Source: Octopus bimaculoides (lineage: Eukaryota). Taken from it: a stretch of 34,120 bases of DNA. Below are positions 20,851 through 33,484 of this stretch, in pieces; the stretch's first letter is position 1; each line of letters opens with the position of its first letter. The notes beneath the pieces were generated by a model. It saw only the letters and a list, made by a program, of their open reading frames with translations, made no database searches and had not been told where the DNA came from. The translations under genes were made by a program, and so were the position numbers. The stretch covers positions 60,183,811 through 60,217,930 of the forward strand of contig NC_068991.1 of NCBI RefSeq assembly GCF_001194135.2, given 5' to 3'.

Positions 20851-21491
20851 NNNNNNNNNNNNNNNNNNNNNNNNNNNNNNNNNNNNNNNNNNNNNNNNNN
20901 NNNNNNNNNNNNNNNNNNNNNNNNNNNNNNNNNNNNNNNNNNNNNNNNNNNNNNNNNNNNNNNNNNNNNNNNNNNNNNNNNNNNNNNNNNNNNNNNNNNN
21001 NNNNNNNNNNNNNNNNNNNNNNNNNNNNNNNNNNNNNNNNNNNNNNNNNNNNNNNNNNNNNNNNNNNNNNNNNNNNNNNNNNNNNNNNNNNNNNNNNNNN
21101 NNNNNNNNNNNNNNNNNNNNNNNNNNNNNNNNNNNNNNNNNNNNNNNNNNNNNNNNNNNNNNNNNNNNNNNNNNNNNNNNNNNNNNNNNNNNNNNNNNNN
21201 NNNNNNNNNNNNNNNNNNNNNNNNNNNNNNNNNNNNNNNNNNNNNNNNNNNNNNNNNNNNNNNNNNNNNNNNNNNNNNNNNNNNNNNNNNNNNNNNNNNN
21301 NNNNNNNNNNNNNNNNNNNNNNNNNNNNNNNNNNNNNNNNNNNNNNNNNNNNNNNNNNNNNNNNNNNNNNNNNNNNNNNNNNNNNNNNNNNNNNNNNNNN
21401 NNNNNNNNNNNNNNNNNNNNNNNNNNNNNNNNNNNNNNNNNNNNNNNNNNNNNNNNNNNNNNNNNNNNNNNNNNNNNNNNNNNNNNNNNNN

Positions 21492-21593
21492 GAAGAAGAA
21501 GAAGAAGAAGAAGAAGAAGAAGAAGAAGAAGAAGAAGAAGAAGAAGAAGAAGAAGAAGAAGAAGAAGAAGAAGAAGAAGAAGAAGAAGAAGAA
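21492..21593. repeat. (GAA)n microsatellite adjoining a gap
   Basis: Direct inspection. Confidence 0.95.
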
Positions 21594-21832
21594 ACTATGT
21601 AAGTAGTAGGTGGTTGGTACAGTGGTGAGAAGTTTGTTTCGCAGTCATGGGATCCGGCACATTGAGTATCATAATCTCAGGTCAAGGAAGTGGTAGTTCA
21701 TTTGATTCGAAGAACTGGAATACAAATCGTCGAATCTGCGTTTAATTTTTATCACTGCTATTTGTTGTTTGCTACAGCAATTTCGCTTTCGCTGATTTTA
21801 TATTTCAGATTGATGTTTGCTTTTGTTTCTAT

Positions 21833-23068
21833 TTATTTCTGCTTTAATCCTAACAACTTTTTTACTTCGTCTACAAAATTCTGATTCCTGCAACTGTAAA
21901 TAATTGGATTTAAACTTGAGTTAAGGTAAAACGTATGTCTTGCGAGCCAATAGAATATAGCTGTTGTTACTGACATTGTATCTTCGGATTTCAATACAGC
22001 GTTCACCATCATGGCAATAACGCAGGGTATATAAGTCACTATAAAGACTAGAGTAATCATCATCATTGTTACAGTAATGCGCTGTATCCTTTTGGTTTGC
22101 TCTCTAGCTCGTCTTTCGCTATCCGTCTCCCGTAATTTAATCGCGATAGGTGCAGTGTTTTTTGTATTTTTTGCACTTACGTTTGATGTATCATCCGATG
22201 ACACACCGGATGATGTTTCTGTTACAGACAATTCAACGGCTTCTACAGGTACATTAAAAACTAATTGATTACGATCAGTGTTTTTTGGTATATTACTCCA
22301 TCTCTGTTGTGTTTCATCAGAATATAGGGCACTTGTAACGTTCTTCCTATTTTGTTGTGATACAATAGTTTTTTTCTCCTGGACTTTCATTTTTCGAAGA
22401 ATTATGGTGTAAACTACACTGAGTTCAATGAACGCAAACACTGTTAAGAGAAGATAGAAAGCAAAGAATCCAAGTTGATAATAGTTTGGCTTCTCGGATT
22501 TTTTTGCTGAGCAAGAATAGCTATAGATATCAGGATAATTAGTTGATTTCTTGATACTTCCATAGTATAGAAGAGCAATGCTTCCCTGTATTGTGGAAAA
22601 AATAAGAATGGAAGCTGTTATAATTTTAGCACATTTCATTGACAACTGAGACTTCAGCGGTTGGCATACTTTTCTGTATCTATCTACAGAAATGGACACT
22701 AGAAAACCACAGTTACAAAGACCTGTAAAGACAGACAAACACATATGGTTCTTGCACAGTACGTCCCAGGTCGTCATCATGGGGTAAACATTTTGGACAA
22801 TGCGACCTGGTGATACAATAGCACAAAGTATCAAATCTACACAAGCCAGCATGACGACAAACAGGTATGTTGGGGATAGTTTTAAGCGAAATCCGTAAAC
22901 GTAAACTGTTAAAATGTTTCCAACGAAACCTATGGTCATTGTTAATATAACAAGAATGGTTGAAGGGATTCTTATCAAAACTTGCTGTCTGTTAAGTTCT
23001 TCGATGGTGACACTATATTCCGTACTGTTTGTTGTTACATTCTTCAGTAAATAAGTGAATAATGACAT
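21833..23068 (-). CDS. Class A (rhodopsin-like) GPCR, peptide-receptor-like orphan, single coding exon, ~411 aa
   Basis: Intact ORF with 7 hydrophobic segments: N-terminal sequons NVT and NST, TM1 GFVGN, TM2 LACVD, Cys at the top of TM3 and in ECL2, TM3 VDRY, TM5 Y, long S/T-rich ICL3, TM6 FIVTYIP, TM7 NSSLNPIIY, helix 8 F. Start placed at MSLFTY (23068) because the first part of the 23155 ORF is a polypyrimidine tract with a CAG acceptor. Confidence 0.93.
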   Translation of the reverse strand: MSLFTYLLKNVTTNSTEYSVTIEELNRQQVLIRIPSTILVILTMTIGFVGNILTVYVYGFRLKLSPTYLFVVMLACVDLILCAIVSPGRIVQNVYPMMTTWDVLCKNHMCLSVFTGLCNCGFLVSISVDRYRKVCQPLKSQLSMKCAKIITASILIFSTIQGSIALLYYGSIKKSTNYPDIYSYSCSAKKSEKPNYYQLGFFAFYLLLTVFAFIELSVVYTIILRKMKVQEKKTIVSQQNRKNVTSALYSDETQQRWSNIPKNTDRNQLVFNVPVEAVELSVTETSSGVSSDDTSNVSAKNTKNTAPIAIKLRETDSERRAREQTKRIQRITVTMMMITLVFIVTYIPCVIAMMVNAVLKSEDTMSVTTAIFYWLARHTFYLNSSLNPIIYSCRNQNFVDEVKKLLGLKQK

Positions 23069-23103
23069 CCTTTCTGATTTTCGAGAGTTTTTTCTATATT
23101 CAA

Positions 23104-23140
23104 TCTGAATAACAAAGAAAAAAAGAAAGAAAAGAAAAAT
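23104..23140 (-). promoter_or_regulatory. 3' splice acceptor upstream of the GPCR start codon
   Basis: Minus strand reads a long T/C tract ending ...ttctttgttattCAG|attg; the exon starts at 23104, 36 nt before the ATG at 23068. Confidence 0.75.
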
Positions 23141-23604
23141 GTTAAATGGTTTCAATTACTGCAACCACAAAGAGCCATTCTCACCAATATTAATTCTACA
23201 CTGCCGCTTATTGTGATTAATAAAGTCAATGAACTGTTTGTTTCTAGATGTAGCTTGTCCAGCTAACAATAAGGTTTGTGACAAAGAATTGAAGAAGATT
23301 CGGAGATATGAACTATTAGCATGGGAGATAAAACATTTGTGGGAAATAGAAAAGATCGCATGGTACTGTGAACACCAGAATTTAAAACTAATTTTTAAAA
23401 TATAGGGCAACATTAGTATGGGGCACTTACCATAGCAACACTCCTTGAAACAACTAGAATACTGAAAAAAATTCTGACAATTGAAGATACCACTTCACTC
23501 CACTTGTGAACAGCTGTCGCCGATATTACACCACAATCGACAAATTGTGTGAGAAAGCGGAATTATAACAATATGAACAACAACAATATTAATAATAATA
23601 ATTC

Positions 23605-23808
23605 TTTCTACTGGAAGCACAGGGCTTCAAATTTGGGAGAAGAGATTAAGTCGATTACATCTACCCCATTGCGTAACTGGTACTAATTTCATCGACCCCG
23701 AAATGATGAAAGCAAATCGACCTCGGCGGAATTTGAACTCAGAACGTAGCGGCAGACGGAATACTATTAAAGTCCGGCGTGTTAACTATTCTGACAGCTT
23801 GCTGCCTT
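23605..23808 (-). mobile_element. tRNA-derived SINE
   Basis: Reverse-complement copy of the 9861-10067 family (cctcggcggaatttgaactcagaacgta). Confidence 0.88.
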
Positions 23809-23810
23809 CA

Positions 23811-23950
<140 letters not shown>

Positions 23951-26900
23951 AGTTCCGGGTTAAATAACGTGGACATACACTAAGAAGCTCTCTCCACAAA
24001 ACAAATTCAGTAACATTGGTACAATGGAAGGAAAACTTCGCAATACAAATGTGGGAAAATTCTGTTAAAGCAGAGAAACTAAAAGACCGGAAAGATTTTT
24101 GTCACTTAAAGTGTAGTTTCTTTCTTAAATGCACGATATCTAAATGCAACATATGCGAGAAATCGAAACCAGCATCACGAAACCTGGAAAAACACCACTT
24201 GCACAGTAAGTACAGAAGTTGAAAAACTACCTATACATGCAACTGTCCACGCATCCATGTGCACATGTTAATATTTATAAGCATTATAAATAATGCCTAC
24301 TCGACACACACGAAAAATATAGAAAAAACGCGTGTCACGAGCGACGCCGTACCAAACAAAAACAAAGCGACTTCCCACAAACGAATATAAAAAGGAGTAA
24401 ATTAGTCAATCGGCTTAAAACATAACCAAACAGTTATGTCAGGGAACAAACCCACAAAAAAAAAATAGAGGCAATTTTCGATCTATCAGCCTACAATACG
24501 ATAAGTATATCCATTCGAAGAGTAAGGAAGCGGTGTCAGGTCAAAAATTCAACTCTGAACAAACAGACTCGTCTTCTATTGTCACTGTCAATGCCTTAAT
24601 GACAGACCAAAACTCATGCCGGATCGGTCAACACCCAGGACAACAAGGACAGCTTTACTCAGTGGGGAACCAGACTGGAGGCGAAAAGTCTGTTGCTGAA
24701 ACAAACACTAAAACGTGATCTACTAGGTAAACAAATCCAGGATAACCCTAACTCTAGGCCTGTAGCGACACCCCCAAAAACATCACCTAAAGAAAATCGC
24801 ATAAAATGGACTAGAGAGGATTATAGAGATGTGTTGAAAGCTTTCTATACAGCCCAACTATACCCAAACAATAATCTTAAAGTACAAACTCACATTTCAT
24901 GGAGAAACTGAGCAGGCAATGGGGTATGCAGATATATAGATGCAAATACGTACAATAATGTACATAGATACATCATTAAGACTAAAAGGTTAACTGACAC
25001 TGAAAATGGCCAAATTAGGACACAAATATCTCATGGTAGACTAAATGAAAACAGCAACAATGTAGATGAAATAGGTAACAGATGCACAGAACCCAGTGTA
25101 CGAGCAGTACATCCTAACGAGGAAGCTGAAGAAAGAGTAGCAAAGAACGGTTATGCGGTAAAAGAGGAGAAAGTAGACCTACCTCAAGAACAACAGAAGA
25201 GGTATGACACAGAATTTGAGGTGAAAAATTAAAGAGCATATCATAGAAACAAAAGAAGATATTATCAGAGAACTCAGCAAGACTGAGTGTACTGATATGA
25301 TCAATAGAGAACCGGCACCAAAGCTTTCAAACAGCATAAAAACAACGTAATCATATCTTAAGTAATAAGGGAAATGATCTAACAACTTTAAATAACCTCA
25401 TCTATTCCACTGCTAAAGTTGTGAAAGCTCAAGTAGGTATTAGGACGACACTGAAACAGACCAACCTGGTAACAGACCTCCCAAATGGAAAGTAGCAATG
25501 CAAAATGAGATCGAATCTCTGCGGGCGGTTGTATCAGTTCTCGATGAACTTTCTAGTGGAGTAAATGTTAAGACGAAACGAGGTAGAAAAATCAAGCAAA
25601 AATATAAAATCAACAGTTTTATAAACCTTCCTGCAACCAAGGAACAATTGAAACAACGAATACAACTGAAAACACAACGACTTACAAGGGATGATAAAGA
25701 AATCAAATTTTATCGACAAAGCAAGTTATTCAAGGCGGATGCAAATAAATTTTATAGAGAAATTGGCAAAAGTAAGATAGAAATAAAGGAGCCACCTAAG
25801 ACCGAGGAAATGGAAGAGTTCTGCAAGAAGATATGGAGCAATAAAAAAGAATATAATGCTATAGCTGACCGAATAGAGCATGAGAAAGTGAGACTGGATG
25901 AAGCTGAAGAGCAGAAATGGGAGGCAATAGGAATAGAAGAGCGAAGATGTGTTCTTAGGAAGTCTCACAATCGGAAAACCTCAGGACTAGACCAAATTCC
26001 TAACTTCTGGCTAAATTGTCCCACAGAAATACACTAAAATTTAGATGCATCTCAGACTGATGTCATCCTGACTGAAAGAACAACATACCTTCTACCAAGA
26101 AGTGAGGACACAAAAAAATCCAAAGAACTACCGACCAATAACATGTCTCAGTGCCACCTACAAGATTCTAGCATCCATATTAACTGACAGAATATGCGCT
26201 TTACTTGAAAAGAGATTTATCCTTCCACAAGCTCAAAAAGGTTGTAAAAGGAATTCTTATGGGTGCAAAGATCAATTACTCATAAGTAAAATGATTGTAA
26301 AGAATTGCCAGAGCATAAAGAAGAACCTGAGTATGGCATGGATAGACTATAGGAAAGCGTTTGATAGTGTCCCACATAATTGGATACTCAAGGCCCTTGA
26401 GATATATAAGATCTCTCCTGTCATATCCAAATTCTTACAAGGTAGCATGGCCAAATGGAACACACGTCTCCTTCTAAACCATAGTAATGGGATGAGCCAA
26501 ACAAACAACATCAAATAAGGCATCTTTCAAGGTGACTCCCTCTCCCCATTACTCTTTTGCATGGTACTGATCGCACTCTCAAAGGAAATGAATTACACAA
26601 GGTATGGATTCAAAGTTTACAATACGACAATAAATCATCTCTTTTAAATGGACGACCTGAAGCTGTTTGCTAGAAATGACGAAGCGCTAGTAGGGCTGCT
26701 AACAACTGTTAAATAATTCAGTAATGACATTGGAATGAACATTGACCTTGATAAGTGTGCTAAAGCAACTTGTGTAAGAGGCAAGCTCAGGCAAACAACT
26801 TCCATTAAATTAGATACCGACACTACCATCAAGGAACTTGACCCACAATAAAATTACAAATATCTGGCGATAAACGAAGATGATATACAACATGCTACTA

Positions 26901-27648
26901 TGACGGAAAAAATAAGAAAGGAATATTACAAGAAAATGAAACTCATACTAAAAACTGAATTCACCTCTAAAAATTGCATCGAAACCATTAACACCCTGGC
27001 ACTTCCAGTAGTCCAATATAGTTTTAACATTATTAATTGGAATCTTATTGAGCTCCAACGCCTGGACAGGAAGACAAGAAAAATACTAACTTCTAAGAAT
27101 ATGCGCCACCCAAAAGCAGATGTTGATCGTTTGTACCTATCTACAAGTAATGGGCGAAGAGGAATGATGCACGTAGAATTGTGCTATAAGACCTCCAGAA
27201 TAGCAATAAGCAAGTACTTATCTAGTACAGAGGACTGGACACTGCGACTTGTGTGCAAACACGAAAGCAGCAAAAAGTCCCATTCTACTGTAAAGGAAAT
27301 TCGCAAGGAAACTTGGAATTAAGCCTGAAATAGTTGAAGAACGTGAAACTATTGCTACAAAACAAGCAAAATAGATCAAGCAGACTGCAAAAAAGAACGG
27401 GCAGAAACTAATTGAGGAGTGGTGAAGCCAGAAACTTCTACATTGACAGTATATACTTCGAAGTCGAAATGCTGATGTAGATCAAGCAACAACCAATCAG
27501 TGGAGGAGAAGTTCAGGACTGGAAGCAGAGACTGAAGGTTTCATATTGGAGGCACAAGATCAAATCTTGCTCAAAAAAAAAAAATACCTGATTAATGTTC
27601 TTCAAAACGGTTCTGATCCTAAATAAAGATCCTGCGACACATACGAAC
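23951..27648 (+). mobile_element. R4/Dong-like RLE LINE, 5'-complete but degenerate (5' UTR, Myb-like N-terminus, RT, start of CCHC)
   Basis: KWTREDYRDVLKAFY (N-terminal motif); KTSGLDQIPNFWL; KNYRPITCL; QKGCKRNSYGCKDQLLI; WIDYRKAFDSVPH; GIFQGDSLSPLLF (26519); NHLF*MDDLKLF (Y of YMDD changed to TAA at 26645); HPKADVDRLY; ETEGFILEAQDQ; NGSDPK*RSC. Confidence 0.92.
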
Positions 27649-27651
27649 ACC

Positions 27652-28690
27652 AAAGTTATGAATTTCCCAGATGTTACACTAAATTTTAATACTAAACTCT
27701 ATAATCCACATAGAAAGTCCAATCAAGTAATACAATATATTAATGTTTCCTCAAATCATTCTAAATCTACCATTAACAGTTTAGTCACAGCTATATCGAT
27801 AAGGATCTCAATTCTTTCGGCTAATGAGGAAATATTTAATGCGCATGCACCCGTTTATAATCATGCTTTAAAATTCAGTGGCTTTAGTAGTCAAATGTAT
27901 TTTATACCCAATACTAAACTTAAAACTATCTAACAATTTAGCAACTCTAATTCTAAATTAACTGATACTGACACGCAAAATTAAGCCCACGCATAATTAT
28001 AATTATATCAAATGTAATAAAATAGGTCCCAGCAATAAAAATAAATACTTTGCTCGAGAACAACATAATATATCAAAACTATCTAGATCTAGGACGCAAG
28101 AAGTAATTTGGCTTCCGCCCATTCTCCTTTGTTGTTAAAAATCTACCTAAGCTTTGCTTCAAAATCCCGAGACATAATTTTCCAAGACATCACAAATATT
28201 CAATAAATCTACTTCAAAATTGTCCTATTCCACAATGCCAAATTTAGGATCAATCATAGCTTCCATAAATAAGAACAAAATTAAATACCAAACTTTAAAT
28301 TATTTAACACTGCCAGGAAACCAAGTATAAATAATATAAGTATATCCGGAATACCTAATTCATATAATTTAACATCTAATAAATATAACTCCAATTCGTC
28401 GGTAGCCTTGAATAATGAAAATCCACTCCCCCAAAATATAATTAATAGCAACAATAAATTGGGAAAAACATGTAGTTGTAGAAAATCGATTTATGTCCGC
28501 TTGAATGATTCTGCCTCTGAAAATGTAGTATATAAATGTACAGTAGTATCAGATAAGTATCAGGCTAGAACATATATAAGTAGAACTGTTGAATTAAAAA
28601 AAGATATAGAACGCATTCAAGTTTATTTGCTAACATTAAATATAAAAATTCATCTACTCTAGCCTCATATATACATAATTTAAGGAAGTT
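27652..28690 (+). mobile_element. Penelope-like element fragment (Penelope/Poseidon type; RT C-terminus to GIY-YIG)
   Basis: NFPDVTLNFNTKLYNPHRKSNQVIQYINVSSNHSKSTINSLVTAISIRISILSANEEIF..Y..AL..SGF; remnants of IWF.PPFS and SYSTMPNLGSII; TCSCRK; NVVYKCTV...TYI. Confidence 0.82.
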
Positions 28691-28694
28691 AACC

Positions 28695-29215
28695 AAACCA
28701 AGTAAAATCAGTGGGCCTGCAGCTCGGCACTTGAGGGAACAGGTTCATGTCATCCAATAATGTCGTAGGACGCTGGGCGGAGATACCGGTTAAATCGCTC
28801 GAGGTTTGGTTTGGTCCAGATCTCCAGGTGGAGAAGAACTGGAATGAGTTGACGTACAGTGTAGCCAATATCACTCAGAAATGAGCCGGAAGAAAGTTAT
28901 CCCTGAAAGGTCGGGTAGAGGTGGCGAATGCTTACACCGTCATATATTATCACCTGACCGTTGTGCATTGCCCCAGTTTGTTGGAGCGCGTAATCTTCTA
29001 CTTTCTATAGAAGGGACACGTTTCACTGGTCAGACGCAGCATTTGCTGTCAACACTCATTGAATAGAGGACTAAGCATATCGTGGCAGCTGATGTGCAGA
29101 CGTGTGCTGAAGCTGCAGTATCTGTAGTACTTGATGGTGAGCAGGTGAGGTCTCCGTTTGTCAAACAGGATTTTTCACAGCTCATCTCTTTGAGCTGCAG
29201 TCCTGGATCAAGGCC
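28695..29215 (+). mobile_element. Tx1-like LINE ORF2 fragment (post-RT), same family as 2740-7285
   Basis: Nucleotide similarity to ~6150-6660; KSVGLQLGT.., WFGPDLQVEKNW, RKLSLKGRVEVANAY. Confidence 0.85.
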
Positions 29216-29745
29216 TTGGAAGTTTCCCTTTCTTGGGGATTTTAAATGTTAAAATTTTCATCGTTATTCTGTTTTTACACTCTTCAATCCCAACCTTTTT
29301 TGTATCGTATTGTTCTGTATCGTCTCCAATATTTTATATGATCCCTCAGTTGTTAATGTAGGAAAGATTATTGCTATCATTATTACCATTGTCTTTCAAT
29401 TTTGTTTCCTTTTCTTGCTGAATGTCTTCCCAACACCTAAGGCAAAGAAACTTACTGTATACACTGGTAGGATATTAAAATAAACACACTAGATTGTTCA
29501 TTTATAAAATCATGTGATAGAATAAAAGGCAAAGAAAGACAGAGAGGAAAAGGAAAGAAGGAAAGAGAGAAAAATGAAAAATATAAAATATTATTTTTAT
29601 TATTTTATGTTTGACTTTTGTTTTGCATTTGTACAAGTTGGATCCAAGTCTCACCCAGAGACCTCAAGAGACAACAAGTTAGAAGTTCATGTAGGTGTTA
29701 TGCCTAGGGTACCATATATTTGGATTTGTACAGTTTTATTATTAT

Positions 29746-29747
29746 TA

Positions 29748-29798
<51 letters not shown>

Positions 29799-29853
29799 CA
29801 TTATTATTAGTATTAGTATTATTATTATTATTATCATTATTATTATTGTTATT
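29746..29853. repeat. (TAT)n microsatellite with CAT/TAG/TGT interruptions
   Basis: Direct inspection. Confidence 0.95.
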
Positions 29854-30325
29854 GAGTGAGAGAGCAGTGCATGCCATCAAAGTGACACTGGGGTAAAATA
29901 TACGAAGCCCAGTATACCTATCATGACTATCTGTCTGGTACACCAGACACATGCATCAAAACCACATGTGCGCGACATGGTGATCTCATATCAAGATAAT
30001 CAGTACATGACCTTGCAGGAGAAGGGGGGGGGGCAATTAAAAATTTCTTCAGGTCGGGTAGACCATCTCGCTCAAATGGTCCTTGAATAAGAATTGTTTA
30101 AGGATGATGAACAGAACATCCATGTTTCCAGAGGTGAGTTGTTCAAACCCCAAAGACTTCCTCTCATCACATGGCTATGATGCTCTCCCACTACTTCTAC
30201 TCGTGATCAGAGATGCACATACCGTCAGCCACTAAGGGATATGCTCAACTGGTTACGGTCAAGCACCTTAGAAGCAAATCTGTGGTATTAAGTAGAATAT
30301 TTGCTGTAGCCCATCTTTTATATGC
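29854..30325. repeat. Non-coding interspersed-repeat-like block following the (TAT)n array
   Basis: Higher-GC block abutting a microsatellite. Recognised from memory as a common octopus repeat; not verifiable within the window. Confidence 0.4.
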
Positions 30326-30344
30326 CGTTAATTAATTATTATTC

Positions 30345-30553
30345 ATTTCAAATTTTAACACAAGGCCTTCAATTTCAGTGGAGGGTATAAGTCGATAGCA
30401 TCGACCCAGTGTCCAACTGGTACTTAGTTTACCAATCCCAAAAGCATGAAAGGCAAAGTCGACCTCGGCGGAATTTGAACGCAGAACGTAAGGACGGATG
30501 AAATGCCGCTAAGCATTTCGCACAACTCCGTAATTATTCGTCCAGTTCACCGT
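30345..30553 (-). mobile_element. tRNA-derived SINE
   Basis: Reverse-complement copy (aaaggcaaagtcgacctcggcggaatttgaac.cagaacgtaa...aaatgccgctaagcatttcg). Confidence 0.88.
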
Positions 30554-30831
30554 CTTCGTTGATTACTGAATATCAGTAATGTTTCTTTATTTATACCCCA
30601 TTCTTCTTCCTTTCTAAATTTCTAGGAAACTCATCATAAAGCAAAGGAAACGTCGTCTATAATTGTTTCTCTTTAAATTTGTATGACATGAATACTTAGC
30701 CATTTGCAAATATATATATGCTTTTTCCTAACACACTCTTCACGCTTCACTATCGTTTCTGAATAACCTTTCACGATGTGCTTCCTTAAAATCTTCAGTC
30801 CTTATGTAGCCTTGTCCTTAAAATCCCTTTA

Positions 30832-31985
30832 GACAACATTTTGAGTGAGAGCAGTATACTGGCACACAAAAAAGGAATACATGTAAAGACATGACTAAGT
30901 ACAAGAGTGCATTGGGATATCAGTCGAGTATGTGGGCCTCAAAAAACAAAACAGAACAAAACAAAAATGTGGTATGAACATCAACTAGGGGCTATGATAG
31001 ACAATGAAAATTACAAGATCTTGTGGGACTTCGCTATAAAGACTGACTATACTACTGAGCCTAAAAGACTGGATATAATTATATATATATANNNNNNNNN
31101 NNNNNNNNNNNNNNNNNNNNNNNNNNNNNNNNNNNNNNNNNNNNNNNNNNNNNNNNNNNNNNNNNNNNNNNNNNNNNNNNNNNNNNNNNNNNNNNNNNNN
31201 NNNNNNNNNNNNNNNNNNNNNNNNNNNNNNNNNNNNNNNNNNNNNNNNNNNNNNNNNNNNNNNNNNNNNNNNNNNNNNNNNNNNNNNNNNNNNNNNNNNN
31301 NNNNNNNNNNNNNNNNNNNNNNNNNNNNNNNNNNNNNNNNNNNNNNNNNNNNNNNNNNNNNNNNNNNNNNNNNNNNNNNNNNNNNNNNNNNNNNNNNNNN
31401 NNNNNNNNNNNNNNNNNNNNNNNNNNNNNNNNNNNNNNNNNNNNNNNNNNNNNNNNNNNNNNNNNNNNNNNNNNNNNNNNNNNNNNNNNNNNNNNNNNNN
31501 NNNNNNNNNNNNNNNNNNNNNNNNNNNNNNNNNNNNNNNNNNNNNNNNNNNNNNNNNNNNNNNNNNNNNNNNNNNNNNNNNNNNNNNNNNNNNNNNNNNN
31601 NNNNNNNNNNNNNNNNNNNNNNNNNNNNNNNNNNNNNNNNNNNNNNNNNNNNNNNNNNNNNNNNNNNNNNNNNNNNNNNNNNNNNNNNNNNNNNNNNNNN
31701 NNNNTATATATATGTATATATGTATGTATGTGTGTTTGTGTGTCTGTGTTTGTCCCCCACCATCACTTGACAACCGATGGTGGTGTGTTTACGTCAGAGA
31801 GCTGAGGAGACCGTGGAAGACCAAGATAACAATTATTCCGGTAGCAATAGGTAGATTTGGCACAACACCCAAATTGCCACCAAAAAGACTGACAACAATT
31901 GGAATTGAAACTCGCATTGTCGACCTACTGAAAAATCTGGAGATCTGAGACTTGTTACCATCAAACTTCAAGATAAAATACCTGC
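30832..31985 (+). mobile_element. R4/Dong-like zinc-knuckle/RLE 3' portion, interrupted by a gap and a SINE fragment
   Basis: DNILSESSILA (decayed DHI.SECS), VHWDI, WYEHQ...ENYKILWDFAIKTD...KRLDI (R.PD motif). After the gap, RELRRPWKTKITIIPVAIGRFGTTPK...IGIETRIVDL. Ends in (TAA)n. Confidence 0.82.
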
Positions 31986-32073
<88 letters not shown>

Positions 32074-32160
32074 AAGAAGAAGAAGAAGAAGAAGAAGAAG
32101 AAAAAGAAGAAGAAGAAGAAGAAGAAGAAGAAGAAGAAGAAGAAGAAGAAGAAGAAGAAT
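31986..32160. repeat. Compound microsatellite (TAA)19 T (AAG)38 AAT (one AAA interruption)
   Basis: Counted from the sequence. Confidence 0.95.
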
Positions 32161-32289
32161 GCCCTCAAAAGAAGCTCTATTGGAGAAATCCAGGATTTTG
32201 AGAGTGATGCTTGGGTGTGGAGTATGTTTTATCTTTTATTTCTTGTTTCAGTCATTAGATTGCAGATATGCTAAGACACCTCCTACATT

Positions 32290-32454
32290 TTTTTTGTTTA
32301 GTCGAATGTATCGACACCAGTACTTTTAAGGCTCTGTACTTATTCTATCAGTATGTTTTGCTGAATCGCTAGTTTACGGAAACGTAAACACACCAACACC
32401 AGTTGTCAAGAGGTAATGGGGGTGTGTGGACAAACACAGACACAGACACACACA

Positions 32455-32525
<71 letters not shown>
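32290..32525 (-). mobile_element. SINE 3' half with (CA)n spacer, cut by a gap
   Basis: Reverse complement of the 16485-16645 family (gacgtaaacacaccaac-like, gttgtcaag, tacttattctatc). Confidence 0.7.
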
Positions 32526-33317
32526 NNNNNNNNNNNNNNNNNNNNNNNNNNNNNNNNNNNNNNNNNNNNNNNNNNNNNNNNNNNNNNNNNNNNNNNNNNN
32601 NNNNNNNNNNNNNNNNNNNNNNNNNNNNNNNNNNNNNNNNNNNNNNNNNNNNNNNNNNNNNNNNNNNNNNNNNNNNNNNNNNNNNNNNNNNNNNNNNNNN
32701 NNNNNNNNNNNNNNNNNNNNNNNNNNNNNNNNNNNNNNNNNNNNNNNNNNNNNNNNNNNNNNNNNNNNNNNNNNNNNNNNNNNNNNNNNNNNNNNNNNNN
32801 NNNNNNNNNNNNNNNNNNNNNNNNNNNNNNNNNNNNNNNNNNNNNNNNNNNNNNNNNNNNNNNNNNNNNNNNNNNNNNNNNNNNNNNNNNNNNNNNNNNN
32901 NNNNNNNNNNNNNNNNNNNNNNNNNNNNNNNNNNNNNNNNNNNNNNNNNNNNNNNNNNNNNNNNNNNNNNNNNNNNNNNNNNNNNNNNNNNNNNNNNNNN
33001 NNNNNNNNNNNNNNNNNNNNNNNNNNNNNNNNNNNNNNNNNNNNNNNNNNNNNNNNNNNNNNNNNNNNNNNNNNNNNNNNNNNNNNNNNNNNNNNNNNNN
33101 NNNNNNNNNNNNNNNNNNNNNNNNNNNNNNNNNNNNNNNNNNNNNNNNNNNNNNNNNNNNNNNNNNNNNNNNNNNNNNNNNNNNNNNNNNNNNNNNNNNN
33201 NNNNNNNNNNNNNNNNNNNNNNNNNNNNNNNNNNNNNNNNNNNNNNNNNNNNNNNNNNNNNNNNNNNNNNNNNNNNNNNNNNNNNNNNNNNNNNNNNNNN
33301 NNNNATATATCAGGGCA

Positions 33318-33341
33318 TATTATTATTATTATTATTATTAT

Positions 33342-33372
<31 letters not shown>
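33318..33372. repeat. Compound (TAT)n(TAG)n microsatellite
   Basis: Direct inspection. Confidence 0.9.
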
Positions 33373-33484
33373 CGATTTTATTTCTCGGAGCTTTCGATAT
33401 TACTTGTTCTGATTAATTCTTGTGAGTGGATTTGGTAGACGGAAACTGAATGAAGCCTGTCGTATATATATATAGAGATTAAGG

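Noticed and set aside
23069-23155. Apparent signal peptide on the GPCR (MKPFNIFLFFLFFFVIQ)
   Set aside because: Better explained as an intronic polypyrimidine tract with CAG acceptor, followed by short 5' UTR.
29440-29575. Possible upstream non-coding GPCR exon (minus CA|GTAAGT near 29455 with a pyrimidine tract near 29530-29570)
   Set aside because: Weak donor context, no clear acceptor or promoter, and no similarity to the duplicated module; cannot be supported without RNA data.
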